Assembly: GCA_043798375.1 (NCBI GenBank)
Contig: JAZDOS010000029.1
Location: forward strand, 62,955 to 126,954
DNA: 64,000 nt
Direction of reading: 5' to 3'
Origin: Candidatus Omnitrophota bacterium
GTDB lineage: Bacteria > Omnitrophota > Gorgyraeia > 2-01-FULL-45-10
In this document: in pieces, positions 1-9,131 of the stretch
How positions within the stretch are numbered: position 1 is the stretch's first letter
How the letters are laid out: every line of letters starts with the position of its first letter
Notes under the pieces: model-generated
What the model saw: the letters and a program-made list of their open reading frames with translations, nothing else
Databases searched by the model: none
Told to the model about the DNA's origin: nothing
Position numbers and translations under genes: made by a program

Positions 1-1
1 C

Positions 2-370
2 CTGTGCTATGTAACGCCGTCCGAACACCTGAGACTGCCGACATTGGAAGACGTCAGGGAAGGCGTCATCGCAAGCCTGATCGCCGCTCACGCAGGCGAT
101 ATCGCGAAGGGCGTAAAAGGCGCAATCGACTGGGATATCGCTATCTCGAAGGCGAGAAGGGCAAGGGACTGGGAGAAGCAGTTCAAGCTGGCTCTGGATA
201 AGGAGAAGCCGAGGATATATCGCAAGACGTCAAAGCCCGGCGCGAAAGACGTCTGCACCATGTGCGGCAAGTACTGTTCTATCAAGGTTTCAGAGAAGTG
301 CCTTAAGGGACTGTCCCCAACGCCCAGAGCTACTAATCGTAGGGGACTGTCCCATAAGGTCGCTCATTAA
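2..370 (+). CDS. thiC: Phosphomethylpyrimidine synthase ThiC, C-terminal part (5' truncated by window edge)
   Basis: Frame-2 translation reads ...[51 protein letters not shown]. This matches the conserved ThiC C-terminus including the Cys cluster. Stop codon at 368-370. Confidence 0.8.
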   Translation: MCYVTPSEHLRLPTLEDVREGVIASLIAAHAGDIAKGVKGAIDWDIAISKARRARDWEKQFKLALDKEKPRIYRKTSKPGAKDVCTMCGKYCSIKVSEKCLKGLSPTPRATNRRGLSHKVAH

Positions 371-371
371 A

Positions 372-450
372 ATTTTTCGATACAGCAGTAAAATGTGCTG
401 TGTCGAGTGGTTCGCCACATCACATTCCGAAGAGCGATAAATTTCACAGG
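372..450. repeat. Short copy of the 61148-61345 element (opposite orientation)
   Basis: See the paired feature. Lies in the intergenic region immediately 3' of thiC. Confidence 0.6.
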
Positions 451-489
451 AGGCTGTATTAAAATAGGGCGTCTATAAGAGACTCGAGC

Positions 490-1185
490 ATGGAAAAGAA
501 ATGGTATCAAAAAACTGCTATACAAGTAGCCATTATAAGCGGGATTTTTATATTGATAGCTGCGATCGTACCATTATTTCTAACAAGCAATAAGATTGAC
601 ACTAGGAAGGATGCTTCGACTTTCCCGGTAAAAAGTGATAATAATAAAATTGTATCTGCTAAACAGACAGGTAATGGTAACACCATCATTCAAACGAATG
701 ATAATTCTATGGTCAATCTAACTATGCAAAAAACGCAATATGCCAATGTTGAAGTATTAAGAAAGCTTAAACCACTTGAGACCGGTAAAGATGTTAGTGA
801 GCTACCAAGCGGCATTTATGGATTTTCAGTTGCAAGGGCTATTGTTTATGGTGCACGATATCCTGGTGACAAATACCTTACGTTATCTAATAAAAAATAT
901 GGTAGTTTTTTCGAAATTCAAAAAGTAAAGAATGAATGTTTCGTAATAGGCTATATTGGGGATGAAGCCTATGCTAATATTGGTAAAGTTAAGACAGCAA
1001 ATAGCGTAGAGTTAACTCTGTCTCCCAGTCCATGGGGCTCCATAAAAAATGTTGTTTCTATTCCTCTTAAGGCCATATTGAAAATAGAAGATAGAGTCAT
1101 CGATATAGATGAAGATAAAAATACGACAGTTCTGGACATGGTTACGACTACCATACTGACAAATGTTTATGAACATGAAAAATAG
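490..1185 (+). CDS. Hypothetical membrane-anchored protein with one N-terminal TM helix
   Basis: 231-aa ORF with a hydrophobic segment at residues ~8-30. AT-rich (roughly 35% GC against ~50% flanks). No recognisable family. Confidence 0.45.
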   Translation: MEKKWYQKTAIQVAIISGIFILIAAIVPLFLTSNKIDTRKDASTFPVKSDNNKIVSAKQTGNGNTIIQTNDNSMVNLTMQKTQYANVEVLRKLKPLETGKDVSELPSGIYGFSVARAIVYGARYPGDKYLTLSNKKYGSFFEIQKVKNECFVIGYIGDEAYANIGKVKTANSVELTLSPSPWGSIKNVVSIPLKAILKIEDRVIDIDEDKNTTVLDMVTTTILTNVYEHEK

Positions 1186-1441
1186 AATTGATTGAAAAAA
1201 TAGGGGGATTAGGATTAGGGGACGATTTCAAAATTAAGATCAGATGTGTCCCCGATACTCAGGGACGGCGTAATAGGTAGGGAACTTTACGGGTGACGCG
1301 ACCGAGGCTTTTCGCATATGGGCGAGCATGGGATGGGGGTGCCCGCCGTTTAGGATTGCATAACCGTAAGCCCGCGGCCCAGTTTTGCTAGTCCGGTTGT
1401 AGGCAATCCTGGCGGACATTTATAGGATAGAGGGAAGAACA

Positions 1442-1636
1442 ATGGCGGATTGCAGTAATAAGAAGAAAAACTTGGCGATGTGCAATTGCACATATGCAGG
1501 ATGTCCGAGGCATGGCATATGCTGTGAATGTCTTGCCTATCACAGGAAGAATAGTGAGCTGCCGGCATGTTATTTCGATAAAGAGGCGGAAAGAACCTAT
1601 GACCGCTCTTTTAATAATTTCATGAGAAATAGATAG
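1442..1636 (+). CDS. Small cysteine-rich protein, putative metal-binding
   Basis: 64 aa with [22 protein letters not shown], nine Cys. Preceded by GGGAAGAACAATG. Family not recognised. Confidence 0.45.
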   Translation: MADCSNKKKNLAMCNCTYAGCPRHGICCECLAYHRKNSELPACYFDKEAERTYDRSFNNFMRNR

Positions 1637-1648
1637 GGGTATTGAACA

Positions 1649-1978
1649 ATGCTATTAATTATTAAAAAGAAGGTGGACGAAAATATTCTCAAGAAAGTGG
1701 CTGAGGATCTGAACGGCTACGTGAAGGTTGTGGTGGATGTCCGCCGGAAGATTTTATCTGCCGGCGGAACAATGCATGTCGATGGAGAAAGACTGTTGCT
1801 GGAAGACGGCGGTAAGCAATCCGATTTGTGGGGTGGAGGTATAGATCTTGAGACCAATTCAATTGATTTTGACTCATTGATTAATTTAAGGCCAAGACAA
1901 GCCAATACCAGCCGCGAGGTTTTAAATCAGGATATACGCAAGCAGATGGAAACGATAATTCATAGCTTACTGAGGTAG
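1649..1978 (+). CDS. Hypothetical protein
   Basis: 109-aa ORF, tightly spaced after the Cys-rich ORF. No family recognised. Confidence 0.4.
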   Translation: MLLIIKKKVDENILKKVAEDLNGYVKVVVDVRRKILSAGGTMHVDGERLLLEDGGKQSDLWGGGIDLETNSIDFDSLINLRPRQANTSREVLNQDIRKQMETIIHSLLR

Positions 1979-1980
1979 CC

Positions 1981-2265
1981 ATGAACGCACAGGAATTGAC
2001 TTTAAACATTGCCGTTAATTTGGGACGTATCGGAAGGTGGGCTTCCGAGGGCAGGATTAATCGATTGAATCAATTTTTGAAGGAGACCGATGAATATATT
2101 CATCAACTTGAGCAAGCTCCGAAATCGGCACGATTTCAATCAACCTTTGAGATATTTAAAAAAACTTTCGATGAACTAAAAAGTGATATGCAGTTAGATT
2201 CGGCATGGGCGGAAACAATGTTTACATGGGCTAATATATTGACACATCGCGCAAGATTAGCTTAA
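1981..2265 (+). CDS. Hypothetical protein
   Basis: 94-aa ORF starting 3 nt after the previous stop. No family recognised. Confidence 0.4.
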   Translation: MNAQELTLNIAVNLGRIGRWASEGRINRLNQFLKETDEYIHQLEQAPKSARFQSTFEIFKKTFDELKSDMQLDSAWAETMFTWANILTHRARLA

Positions 2266-2273
2266 CGGAAGAA

Positions 2274-2531
2274 ATGAAAACATACACCAGCTACCTCTGG
2301 TTCAACACGAAGAACAGGCAGGAGTTTATCAATATAACGCCTCAGGTGGAGGAAGCTGTCAAGAATAGCAAGGTAAAAGAGGGGTTGTGCCTCGTTAACG
2401 CCATGCACATAACGAGCTCCTGCTTTATCAACGACAAAAACTTGGAAACTTGGAAACTTGGGGACGGTTCTCGTGGTAATCCCGGACCTGTCCCCGGAGA
2501 GCGGGAAATGGCCGGTGGGGTTAAGACGTAA
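2274..2531 (+). pseudogene. Truncated YjbQ/UPF0047-family gene fragment (N-terminal ~58 aa only)
   Basis: The first 58 aa ([54 protein letters not shown]) are ~75% identical to the intact yjbQ-family gene at 3279-3695. After that the sequence diverges into unrelated residues (contains a GGAAACTTGG tandem) and terminates early. Confidence 0.6.
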
Positions 2532-2627
2532 AATTTTTTCTGGTCCCTGTCTACTGGAAACTAAACATGACAGCGATTAAGAAAATAGGGGACATGTCAT
2601 GCGGTCATTGGAGTTACAAAATACCTG

Positions 2628-2656
2628 TTGACAAGTGGATACTATTAGTGTATACT
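2628..2656 (+). promoter_or_regulatory. Sigma70-type promoter for the toxin-antitoxin operon
   Basis: TTGACA, 17-nt spacer, TATACT. GTATAC palindromes overlapping and downstream are plausible operator sites. RBS AGGAGGTG lies before ATG 2685. Confidence 0.5.
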
Positions 2657-2684
2657 TTTAGTAGATAGTAACAGGAGGTGGCAT

Positions 2685-2936
2685 ATGAGAGCACAGCATA
2701 TAAATATCACGATCCCGGCCAATTTGAAGATAAGGATCGATGAGGAATCAAGGCGGGAGCATATCGGGAGAAGCACTATTATCCAGAAAGCCGTCAGTCT
2801 ATATCTGGAACTTATAAAAAAGAAGAGAATCAGGGCGCTTCTTGCGGAAGGCTATAATGAAATGGCGGGGGAATCGCTTAAAATTACGCATGAATTTGAG
2901 TTGTTAGACGATGAGGCGATGAAGTATGCCGATTAA
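2685..2936 (+). CDS. Ribbon-helix-helix antitoxin (CopG/MazE-like)
   Basis: 83 aa. N-terminal INITIPANLKIRIDEESRREHIGRSTIIQKAV is a typical RHH fold. Overlaps the downstream toxin gene by 11 nt. Confidence 0.7.
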   Translation: MRAQHINITIPANLKIRIDEESRREHIGRSTIIQKAVSLYLELIKKKRIRALLAEGYNEMAGESLKITHEFELLDDEAMKYAD

Positions 2937-3270
2937 ACGCGGCGATATCTTCTATGTGGATTTAAATCCCGCAAAAGGTTCTGAGCAGGCAGGCAGGAGG
3001 CCTGTGCTTATCATTCAAAACGATATCGGTAATGCTCATGCCCCTACCGTTATTATCGCGCCGCTCACGACTAAGAAACTATCCAAAGAATATCCGACCA
3101 ACGTACACGTCAAGAAAGGTGTCGCCGGATTAAAAGAAGATTCAGCCGTGTTATTGTCGCAGGTTAGGACAATCGATAAAACAAGGTTGGGGAAAAGAGT
3201 GGGCGGCTTTCCGGCAGACATTATGCTTAAGGTTGATGAGGCGATCAAAATAAGCTTGGGGCTTGTCTAA
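2926..3270 (+). CDS. mazF: MazF/PemK-family type II toxin endoribonuclease
   Basis: 114 aa. [37 protein letters not shown] is the canonical PemK/MazF signature. Confidence 0.85.
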   Translation: MPIKRGDIFYVDLNPAKGSEQAGRRPVLIIQNDIGNAHAPTVIIAPLTTKKLSKEYPTNVHVKKGVAGLKEDSAVLLSQVRTIDKTRLGKRVGGFPADIMLKVDEAIKISLGLV

Positions 3271-3278
3271 AAAAGAGA

Positions 3279-3695
3279 ATGAAAACATATACCCAATATC
3301 TCTGGCTCAACACGAAGAAACGGCATGAATTTGTGAATATAACCTCCGATGTCGAGGCCGCTGTCGGGAAGAGCGGCGTCAAGGAAGGCCTGTGCCTCGT
3401 CAACGCAATGCATATCACAGCCAGCGTATTTATCAACGACAATGAATCGGGGCTGCATCAGGATTTCAGCGAATGGCTGGAAAGGATAGCCCCTTACGGT
3501 AAAGACAAGTATAAACATAATTTGACCGGCGAGGATAACGCCGATGCGCACTTGAAGCGGACGATAATGGGGCGCGGGGTGGTGGTTGCGATTACGGGCG
3601 GTAAGCTCGATTTCGGGCCATGGGAAGCGATCTTCTACGGTGAGTTCGACGGGCAACGCAGGAAGCGCGTGCTTGTTAAAATAATCGGGGAGTGA
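3279..3695 (+). CDS. yjbQ: YjbQ/UPF0047 family protein (secondary thiamine-phosphate synthase enzyme family)
   Basis: 138 aa, full length. Conserved [56 protein letters not shown]. Confidence 0.8.
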   Translation: MKTYTQYLWLNTKKRHEFVNITSDVEAAVGKSGVKEGLCLVNAMHITASVFINDNESGLHQDFSEWLERIAPYGKDKYKHNLTGEDNADAHLKRTIMGRGVVVAITGGKLDFGPWEAIFYGEFDGQRRKRVLVKIIGE

Positions 3696-3714
3696 CAGAG
3701 GAGGAAATGAAACC

Positions 3715-3879
3715 ATGAAGTATCTAAAAGGATCGAGCGTCAGGGCGGTTTATAAGAAATTGTTGATTGCGGCGATTGTTATATACATCATAGGTTCGTG
3801 TATGATACAGGCGGACCTGTGTTACAGGCTTGGCATGATAGAACACAAATTGTGCCATACCTCTTTCGATCGTAGATGA
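3715..3879 (+). CDS. Putative small membrane protein (54 aa)
   Basis: ATG 3715 preceded by GAGGAAATGAAACC. Hydrophobic core LLIAAIVIYIIGSCMI. Below the ORF-track size cutoff. Speculative. Confidence 0.25.
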   Translation: MKYLKGSSVRAVYKKLLIAAIVIYIIGSCMIQADLCYRLGMIEHKLCHTSFDRR

Positions 3880-4023
3880 AGGCGATAATCATATGGCTGA
3901 TGTAAAAGTACAGAAACTGACGAAGGAAGAGCTCGGGAAGGGCGACTTTGTCACTTTCCCCGAAGGGCTGGCATGCACGTGGGATATAAAAATTCCCGTA
4001 AAGAAACATTACAATTTTAAATA

Positions 4024-4923
4024 ATGAGTATATTGGTAGTCGGTTCGGTTGCGATAGATTCGATCAAGACGCCGTTCGGCAGGAGAAATGAGGCGCTCGG
4101 CGGATCCGCGACGTATTTTTCCATGGCGGCGTCTTTCTTCAACAAGGTCAATGTCGTCGCGACAGTGGGTGAGGATTTTCCCGGGAAATATATCACTCTA
4201 TTCAAAAGTAAAAAGATCGGAGTCGACGGGCTGCATGTCGCCCGCGGCAAGACATTCAGGTGGAAGGGCTGGTATGATTATGACCTCAATACGGCGCATA
4301 CGGTCTATACGCACCTTAACGTATTCAAAGATTTCGCCCCGGAAGTACCGCCGGCCCTTCGCAGGTCTCGGTGCGTATTTTTGGCGAATATCGATCCGGA
4401 GCTGCAGTATAACGTATTGAAACAGGTCGACCGCCCTGCGATCGTCGCGGCAGACTCGATGAACTACTGGTTGACACACAAGAAAAAGGCATTCGAACGG
4501 CTTCTCGGCAAGGTCGACGTCCTGCTCTTAAACGACGCTGAGGCGAGGCAGTTCAGCGGCGAGTCGAATCTGGTGAATGCCGCAAAATTCATCATTTCAT
4601 CCGGCCCAAAGGCGGTAATTATAAAAAAGGGCGAGCATGGCGTAATATATTTTTCAAAAAATACCCATTTTATTGCACCGGCGTATCTTCTCGAATCGAT
4701 ATATGATCCTACGGGCGCGGGAGATACGTTCGCCGGCGGCTTGATGGGTTATTTAAGCAGGGCCCCGCGTATCAATGAAGCGAGTATACGAAAGGGCATA
4801 ATATACGGCAGTATCCTGGCATCGTTCGCAGTGGAAGACTTCAGCGTCAACAGGCTTTTGGGCATATCGATGAAAGATATAAATAAAAGATATGAACATT
4901 ACAGGGAGGTAACGAAATTTTGA
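4024..4923 (+). CDS. PfkB-family carbohydrate/nucleoside kinase
   Basis: 299 aa. N-terminal VVGSVAIDSI and C-terminal DPTGAGDTFAGGLMGYL (PfkB signature 2). Confidence 0.8.
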   Translation: MSILVVGSVAIDSIKTPFGRRNEALGGSATYFSMAASFFNKVNVVATVGEDFPGKYITLFKSKKIGVDGLHVARGKTFRWKGWYDYDLNTAHTVYTHLNVFKDFAPEVPPALRRSRCVFLANIDPELQYNVLKQVDRPAIVAADSMNYWLTHKKKAFERLLGKVDVLLLNDAEARQFSGESNLVNAAKFIISSGPKAVIIKKGEHGVIYFSKNTHFIAPAYLLESIYDPTGAGDTFAGGLMGYLSRAPRINEASIRKGIIYGSILASFAVEDFSVNRLLGISMKDINKRYEHYREVTKF

Positions 4924-4929
4924 TGCCGG

Positions 4930-5003
4930 GCGAGCGTAGTTCAATGGTAGAATACCAGCTTCCCAAGCTGGCTACGGGGGTTCGATTCCCCTCGCTCGCT
5001 CCA
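4930..5003 (+). tRNA. tRNA-Gly (anticodon CCC)
   Basis: GCGAGCG..TAGTTCAATGGTAGAA (D arm), anticodon stem-loop CAGCT-TCCCAAG-AGCTG, T arm GGTTCGATTCC, acceptor 3' CGCTCGC, discriminator T and encoded CCA. Confidence 0.85.
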
Positions 5004-5018
5004 GTTCTGTTGCTACTT

Positions 5019-5492
5019 ATGCCGGTATTTATGACTGCGGGCTGCGCGACGGCGCCGGCCGCTACTCCTCCGATAGGGTCGCCCATCGCAACGCATGGAG
5101 CCGTAATTTATCAAAAAGAATATTTTACCTGGCCTGTTAAAGGCTGCATCCTGGCGCCATACGGCTCGAAAGTAGATAACATTATCAATAAAGGCGTAGA
5201 TATAAGGGTACCTGAAGGGTCAAGCGTCAAGGCGGCGAGGTCCGGCAGGGTTGTTTATTGCGATTCTTATTTGAAAGGGTTCGGCAAAACGATTATAATA
5301 GACCACGGCGAAGGATTGCAAACCGTGTATTCATACAACTCGGACATCCTGGTAAGTGTAGGCGCAAACGTGTCTAAGTATGAGACGATAGCAAAGGCGG
5401 GGAGGACCGGCAGGGCAAAAGAGTCGAGCCTGCATTTTGAGGTTCGTAAAAACGGCGAGCCGCAGAATCCGCTGTATTATTTACCCCGTTAG
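5019..5492 (+). CDS. M23-family metallopeptidase lipoprotein (LytM/NlpD-like)
   Basis: Start moved to ATG 5019 because the ORF-track start overlaps the tRNA. Lipobox LLLLMPVFMTAGC. M23 motifs GVDIRVPEGSSV..HFEVRKNGEPQNP. Confidence 0.75.
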   Translation: MPVFMTAGCATAPAATPPIGSPIATHGAVIYQKEYFTWPVKGCILAPYGSKVDNIINKGVDIRVPEGSSVKAARSGRVVYCDSYLKGFGKTIIIDHGEGLQTVYSYNSDILVSVGANVSKYETIAKAGRTGRAKESSLHFEVRKNGEPQNPLYYLPR

Positions 5493-5603
5493 AAAGGAAC
5501 TTTGTAACGGGACGGGGATGATAAAAATAAATAACATTTATTTAGAAAGGGTGGGCTTAAAGCCCCATCCTTTCTAACGGGGTTTACCGCGTTGAGGGAA
5601 ATT

Positions 5604-7238
5604 ATGTTCAGCGAACCGGTAGTGGGAGAAAAGTTTTTCGGAAGAGAAGAGGTGCTCGAGCTTTTAAATAAGCGCGTATCGGCCCTTAAAGAAGGCTACA
5701 GGCAGAACGTCGCCCTGACAGGCCCGAGCCTTGCCGGAAAATCCTCGATAATACTTCACTTCCTGCGCACAGTCAAGGAAGAGGGGTTCATACCTATATA
5801 TGTCGAGGTGGTTAAGGAAGATTTCAGGTCGTTTGCCGATAAGTTCATCGCAACCCTTTTATACAATGCGCTCCACAGGCTGGGCGAGGAATCGGATGTC
5901 GACATGGAGATGCTTATCGACAAGGCCGGTAAGGCGCTTCCCAGGACCGCCCATGCGATAAAGCAGGTAAACACGTCGATGGACCGCGGCGAATTCGACG
6001 AGGCATACATCGGGCTTCTCGCCCTGACGTCGGTCCTGAAAAATGAAGCCGGTTACTCATGCGTGGTGATCCTGGACGAATTCGACAACCTAGAGGCGCT
6101 CGGCATAAAGAACCCGTTCCTGGGCTTCGGCAAAGTGATAATGGTCCAGAAGGATACGATGTATATCGTTTCCAGCTCCAGGAACGAGGCGATAAAGAAG
6201 ATAATATCGGAAAAGCTCTCGCTCCTGTTCGGCAATTTCGAGGTGGTAAAGGTCCGGAACTTCGATCTTGTCACATCGCGCCAATTTCTGGATATACGAT
6301 TTGCCGGCTTCGAGATCAACGATTCCCTGAAGAAATTCTTCATAGCTTTTACCGACGGCAATCCTTTCTACCTCGACAGATTATCGGCCCGGGCCAGGGA
6401 GTTCTCCGCCGAAAAATTGTCGGGTGTCATTGAACCGGATTCTGTCGCGGATGCCATGCTGGAGCTAGTCTATAACGCGAACGGCCTTATCCATCAATAT
6501 CTGTTTAATTATCTATTAAGCCTGCTGGACACAAAAACAAGGGACAGCCACATGTCCATTCTCATATCTATAGCTGACGGCCGGAACAAGCGCACCGATA
6601 TAGCGCGCGCGATAAAGACTAAACAGGCTGAGGTTGCCAAGGGCCTTTTACGCCTTTCGGAGCTGGGGCTCGTATCGAAGAACGGCGTATTCTACGAGAT
6701 CGACGATGTGATGCTGGCGTTCTGGCTTAAACATGTCTACGAGCGAAGAAGGCAGCTTCTTGTTGACGGGACATTCGACAGATTGGCCTTATTCTCCCGG
6801 GAGATAAGGTCTTACATCTCGGCGTTCGAGGAAGAGTCCCGCGAAAAGACTCCCTCGGCAAGGCTCGCCGAGCTTTTCAACGCGTTCTCCAATGAACTCG
6901 TTTCCATCGAGTCAAAGAATATCAGGCTTCCTCACTTCACAAAGGTAGAGGTGAAGAATACGGCCGATTCGAAGGAGATCCTGGCGGCGTCATTCCGCGG
7001 CAATTTTTGGATAGTTCAGGCTTTTGAATCCTACGCGGCCGAAAGCGACGTCATAGGTTATATTAAGAATACAAAGGGGATAGTCGAAAAAATATCCAAT
7101 AAAATCATAGTGCCGTTAAGGGGCATCGATGAAAACGCGAAACTGCTCGCCAAGGAACTCAAGATATCGATCTGGGACGCCTCTACGGTAAACAGGCTGT
7201 TCGGTTACTATAACAAGAAAAGGATGATCACCCTTTAG
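5604..7238 (+). CDS. AAA+ ATPase of the archaeal-ATPase/DUF234 family
   Basis: N-terminal FFGREEVLELL..VALTGPSLAGKSS (Walker A) and DEFD (Walker B), typical of PF01637. The ORF track starts at a TTG. The first ATG (5604) is used here. Confidence 0.6.
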   Translation: MFSEPVVGEKFFGREEVLELLNKRVSALKEGYRQNVALTGPSLAGKSSIILHFLRTVKEEGFIPIYVEVVKEDFRSFADKFIATLLYNALHRLGEESDVDMEMLIDKAGKALPRTAHAIKQVNTSMDRGEFDEAYIGLLALTSVLKNEAGYSCVVILDEFDNLEALGIKNPFLGFGKVIMVQKDTMYIVSSSRNEAIKKIISEKLSLLFGNFEVVKVRNFDLVTSRQFLDIRFAGFEINDSLKKFFIAFTDGNPFYLDRLSARAREFSAEKLSGVIEPDSVADAMLELVYNANGLIHQYLFNYLLSLLDTKTRDSHMSILISIADGRNKRTDIARAIKTKQAEVAKGLLRLSELGLVSKNGVFYEIDDVMLAFWLKHVYERRRQLLVDGTFDRLALFSREIRSYISAFEEESREKTPSARLAELFNAFSNELVSIESKNIRLPHFTKVEVKNTADSKEILAASFRGNFWIVQAFESYAAESDVIGYIKNTKGIVEKISNKIIVPLRGIDENAKLLAKELKISIWDASTVNRLFGYYNKKRMITL

Positions 7239-7721
7239 ATGAAGATCCTGGTCCTGTCAGATACCCATATCCCCAGGTCCTCGCACGACCTCCCTATGGA
7301 GGTCTACGACGCGATCGAGGGCGTCGACATGATTTTACATGCCGGCGATTTTGTGGAAAAAGATGTGCTCGATAAACTGAAAGCCTTAAGGCCCACAACC
7401 GCTGTTTACGGAAATATGGACGCAAACACGCTCCACAACGTCCTCAACCAGAAAGAGGTCGTCGAAGTCGGCAACTTCAAGATCGGCCTCATACACGGCT
7501 ATGGCGCCTCGGCGAACATTATCGATACCGTAAAATCCGAGTTTAAAGACGTGGATGCGATAATCTTCGGCCATTCGCACGCGCCGGTCAACATTAAGAA
7601 AGACGGCATCCTGTTTTTTAACCCGGGCAGCCCGACCGATAAGGTATTCGCCAATGCCAATTCTTACGGTATTTTAGAGGTTACGGACAAAAAGATAGAA
7701 GGGCATATAATAACTATATGA
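7239..7721 (+). CDS. Metallophosphoesterase, YfcE/MJ0936 family
   Basis: MKILVLSDTHIP..HAGDF..GNMD..GHSH is the calcineurin-like phosphoesterase motif set. 160 aa. Confidence 0.8.
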   Translation: MKILVLSDTHIPRSSHDLPMEVYDAIEGVDMILHAGDFVEKDVLDKLKALRPTTAVYGNMDANTLHNVLNQKEVVEVGNFKIGLIHGYGASANIIDTVKSEFKDVDAIIFGHSHAPVNIKKDGILFFNPGSPTDKVFANANSYGILEVTDKKIEGHIITI

Positions 7722-8542
7722 GAGATATACCGGTAATCAAAGTCGAGGGCCTTACGCTCCCTGAAGCATGGGAGAAGGCGGTCCTTGCCGTCTGGAAGGA
7801 CGGACTGGACATAAAAACGGAATACGACAAGAAAGGCGATCCGTTAAGTAAGGATTGCACGATGATCATGGTCGTTAACGAGCCGATGAAAGAGCCGCGC
7901 ATACACAGGGCTTTCCCCGGCGGGCTGGAGGACCTTGAGGTATACCGCCAGGAGGTAGTGCTCGGCATACACGACCATTGGATAAAGCCTGAAGAAGGAA
8001 AATGGACTTATACATATCACCAGAGAATGACAAATTACGATATGGAAGGTGAGTCGATAGACCAGATCGATTATATCATTAAAAAACTTGCCCAAACACC
8101 GTATTCCCGCCGCGCTCAGGGTATAACCTGGAATCCGAAGTCGGACCCTGCTACAGACGACCCTCCGTGCCTGCAGAGGATCTGGGCCAGGCTCGTAAGG
8201 CTGGGTGAAGACAAATACACGCTCGACATAAATACGCACTGGCGTTCGCGCGACGCTTACAAAGCGAGTTTTATGAACATATTCGCGCTTACAGACCTGC
8301 AGAGGGTCATGGCGGAAAAAATTTCAAAGCTTGGCGGCTTCGAGGTTGCGGTAGGCCGTTACGTCGATATCAGCGATAGCTTCCATATATACGGCAGCTA
8401 TCACGAGGAGTTCAAAAATTTCCTGAAGATGGTAAAGGACAGGTCATTCGAGGAGAGGACATGGCCTACGGATTTTGCCAGGCCGTTCTTCGAAGACGCG
8501 ATATTAAAGATACAAAATGAACGAGGCAATAATGTCAAATGA
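7718..8542 (+). CDS. Thymidylate-synthase-family protein (divergent ThyA-like, dUMP-directed)
   Basis: IDQIDYIIKKLAQTPYSRRAQGITWNP aligns to the ThyA DQI..SRR..SAWN motif. DPPCLQRIW aligns to the P-C catalytic Cys. HWRSRDAYKASFMNIFAL aligns to YQRSCD..PFNIASYAL with the Asn retained. DSFHIYGSYH aligns to GDxHxYxNH. Confidence 0.6.
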   Translation: MRDIPVIKVEGLTLPEAWEKAVLAVWKDGLDIKTEYDKKGDPLSKDCTMIMVVNEPMKEPRIHRAFPGGLEDLEVYRQEVVLGIHDHWIKPEEGKWTYTYHQRMTNYDMEGESIDQIDYIIKKLAQTPYSRRAQGITWNPKSDPATDDPPCLQRIWARLVRLGEDKYTLDINTHWRSRDAYKASFMNIFALTDLQRVMAEKISKLGGFEVAVGRYVDISDSFHIYGSYHEEFKNFLKMVKDRSFEERTWPTDFARPFFEDAILKIQNERGNNVK

Positions 8543-8591
8543 CAAAATCCAAATGACAAATAAAATTTATGATTCGTTTGACATTTGAGCT

Positions 8592-9131
8592 TTGACATTT
8601 GTCATTGACCAGGAGGTATACGTGAATAAACTATGGGCGCCGTGGAGGAGCAAATACATTTACATGAGAAAGCGCAAGAGTTGCATATTCTGCGGGAGGC
8701 CTCACGGATCCGCCGGCGACAAGAAAAAACATATAATCTGCCGCGCAAAACACTCGTTCGCCATGCTCAACCTCTATCCTTACAATAACGGCCATGTCAT
8801 GGTGGCGCCCTGCAGGCACGTAAAGAGCCTCGAGCAGCTCTCCGACGTCGAACTGCTCGACGTCTTCAGGCTGCTGAACAGGATAAAATCGCTCATCGAT
8901 AAAAAGTTAAAGCCTCACGGCTACAATATAGGGATAAATCTCGGCAGGGTCGGCGGCGCCGGCGTTGCGGGACATGTCCACATCCACATAGTGCCGAGGT
9001 GGGCGGGCGATACGAATTTCATGCCGATCACCGCGGACACGAAGGTCATCTCGGAATCATTGGCGGCGATGTACAAACTGTTGAAGGTAAACCCCGTTAG
9101 AAAGGACGGGCTTTCTAACGGGGTGAAATAA
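8592..9131 (+). CDS. HIT-family protein (Ap4A phosphorylase/GalT-like branch)
   Basis: Histidine triad GHVHIHIVPR and the LWAPWRSKYI motif. GTG 8622 with upstream AGGAGG is an alternative start. Confidence 0.75.
   Translation: MTFVIDQEVYVNKLWAPWRSKYIYMRKRKSCIFCGRPHGSAGDKKKHIICRAKHSFAMLNLYPYNNGHVMVAPCRHVKSLEQLSDVELLDVFRLLNRIKSLIDKKLKPHGYNIGINLGRVGGAGVAGHVHIHIVPRWAGDTNFMPITADTKVISESLAAMYKLLKVNPVRKDGLSNGVK

Noticed and set aside
3267-3716. Long antisense ORFs (3267-3716-, 14423-14965-, 30235-30867-, 39841-40620-, 54690-55670-, 41098-41592- and similar)
   Set aside because: Each lies entirely within a well-supported conserved + strand gene (yjbQ, helicase, M23 peptidase, hppA, atpG/atpD, Mrp subunit). 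They have no family signatures and are typical shadow ORFs in GC-moderate DNA.
4920-5018. 5' part of the ORF-track call 4920-5492 (MMPGERSSMVEYQLPKLATGVRFPSLAP..)
   Set aside because: This stretch is the tRNA-Gly(CCC) gene read as protein. The real M23 peptidase CDS starts at the internal ATG 5019, just before the lipobox.
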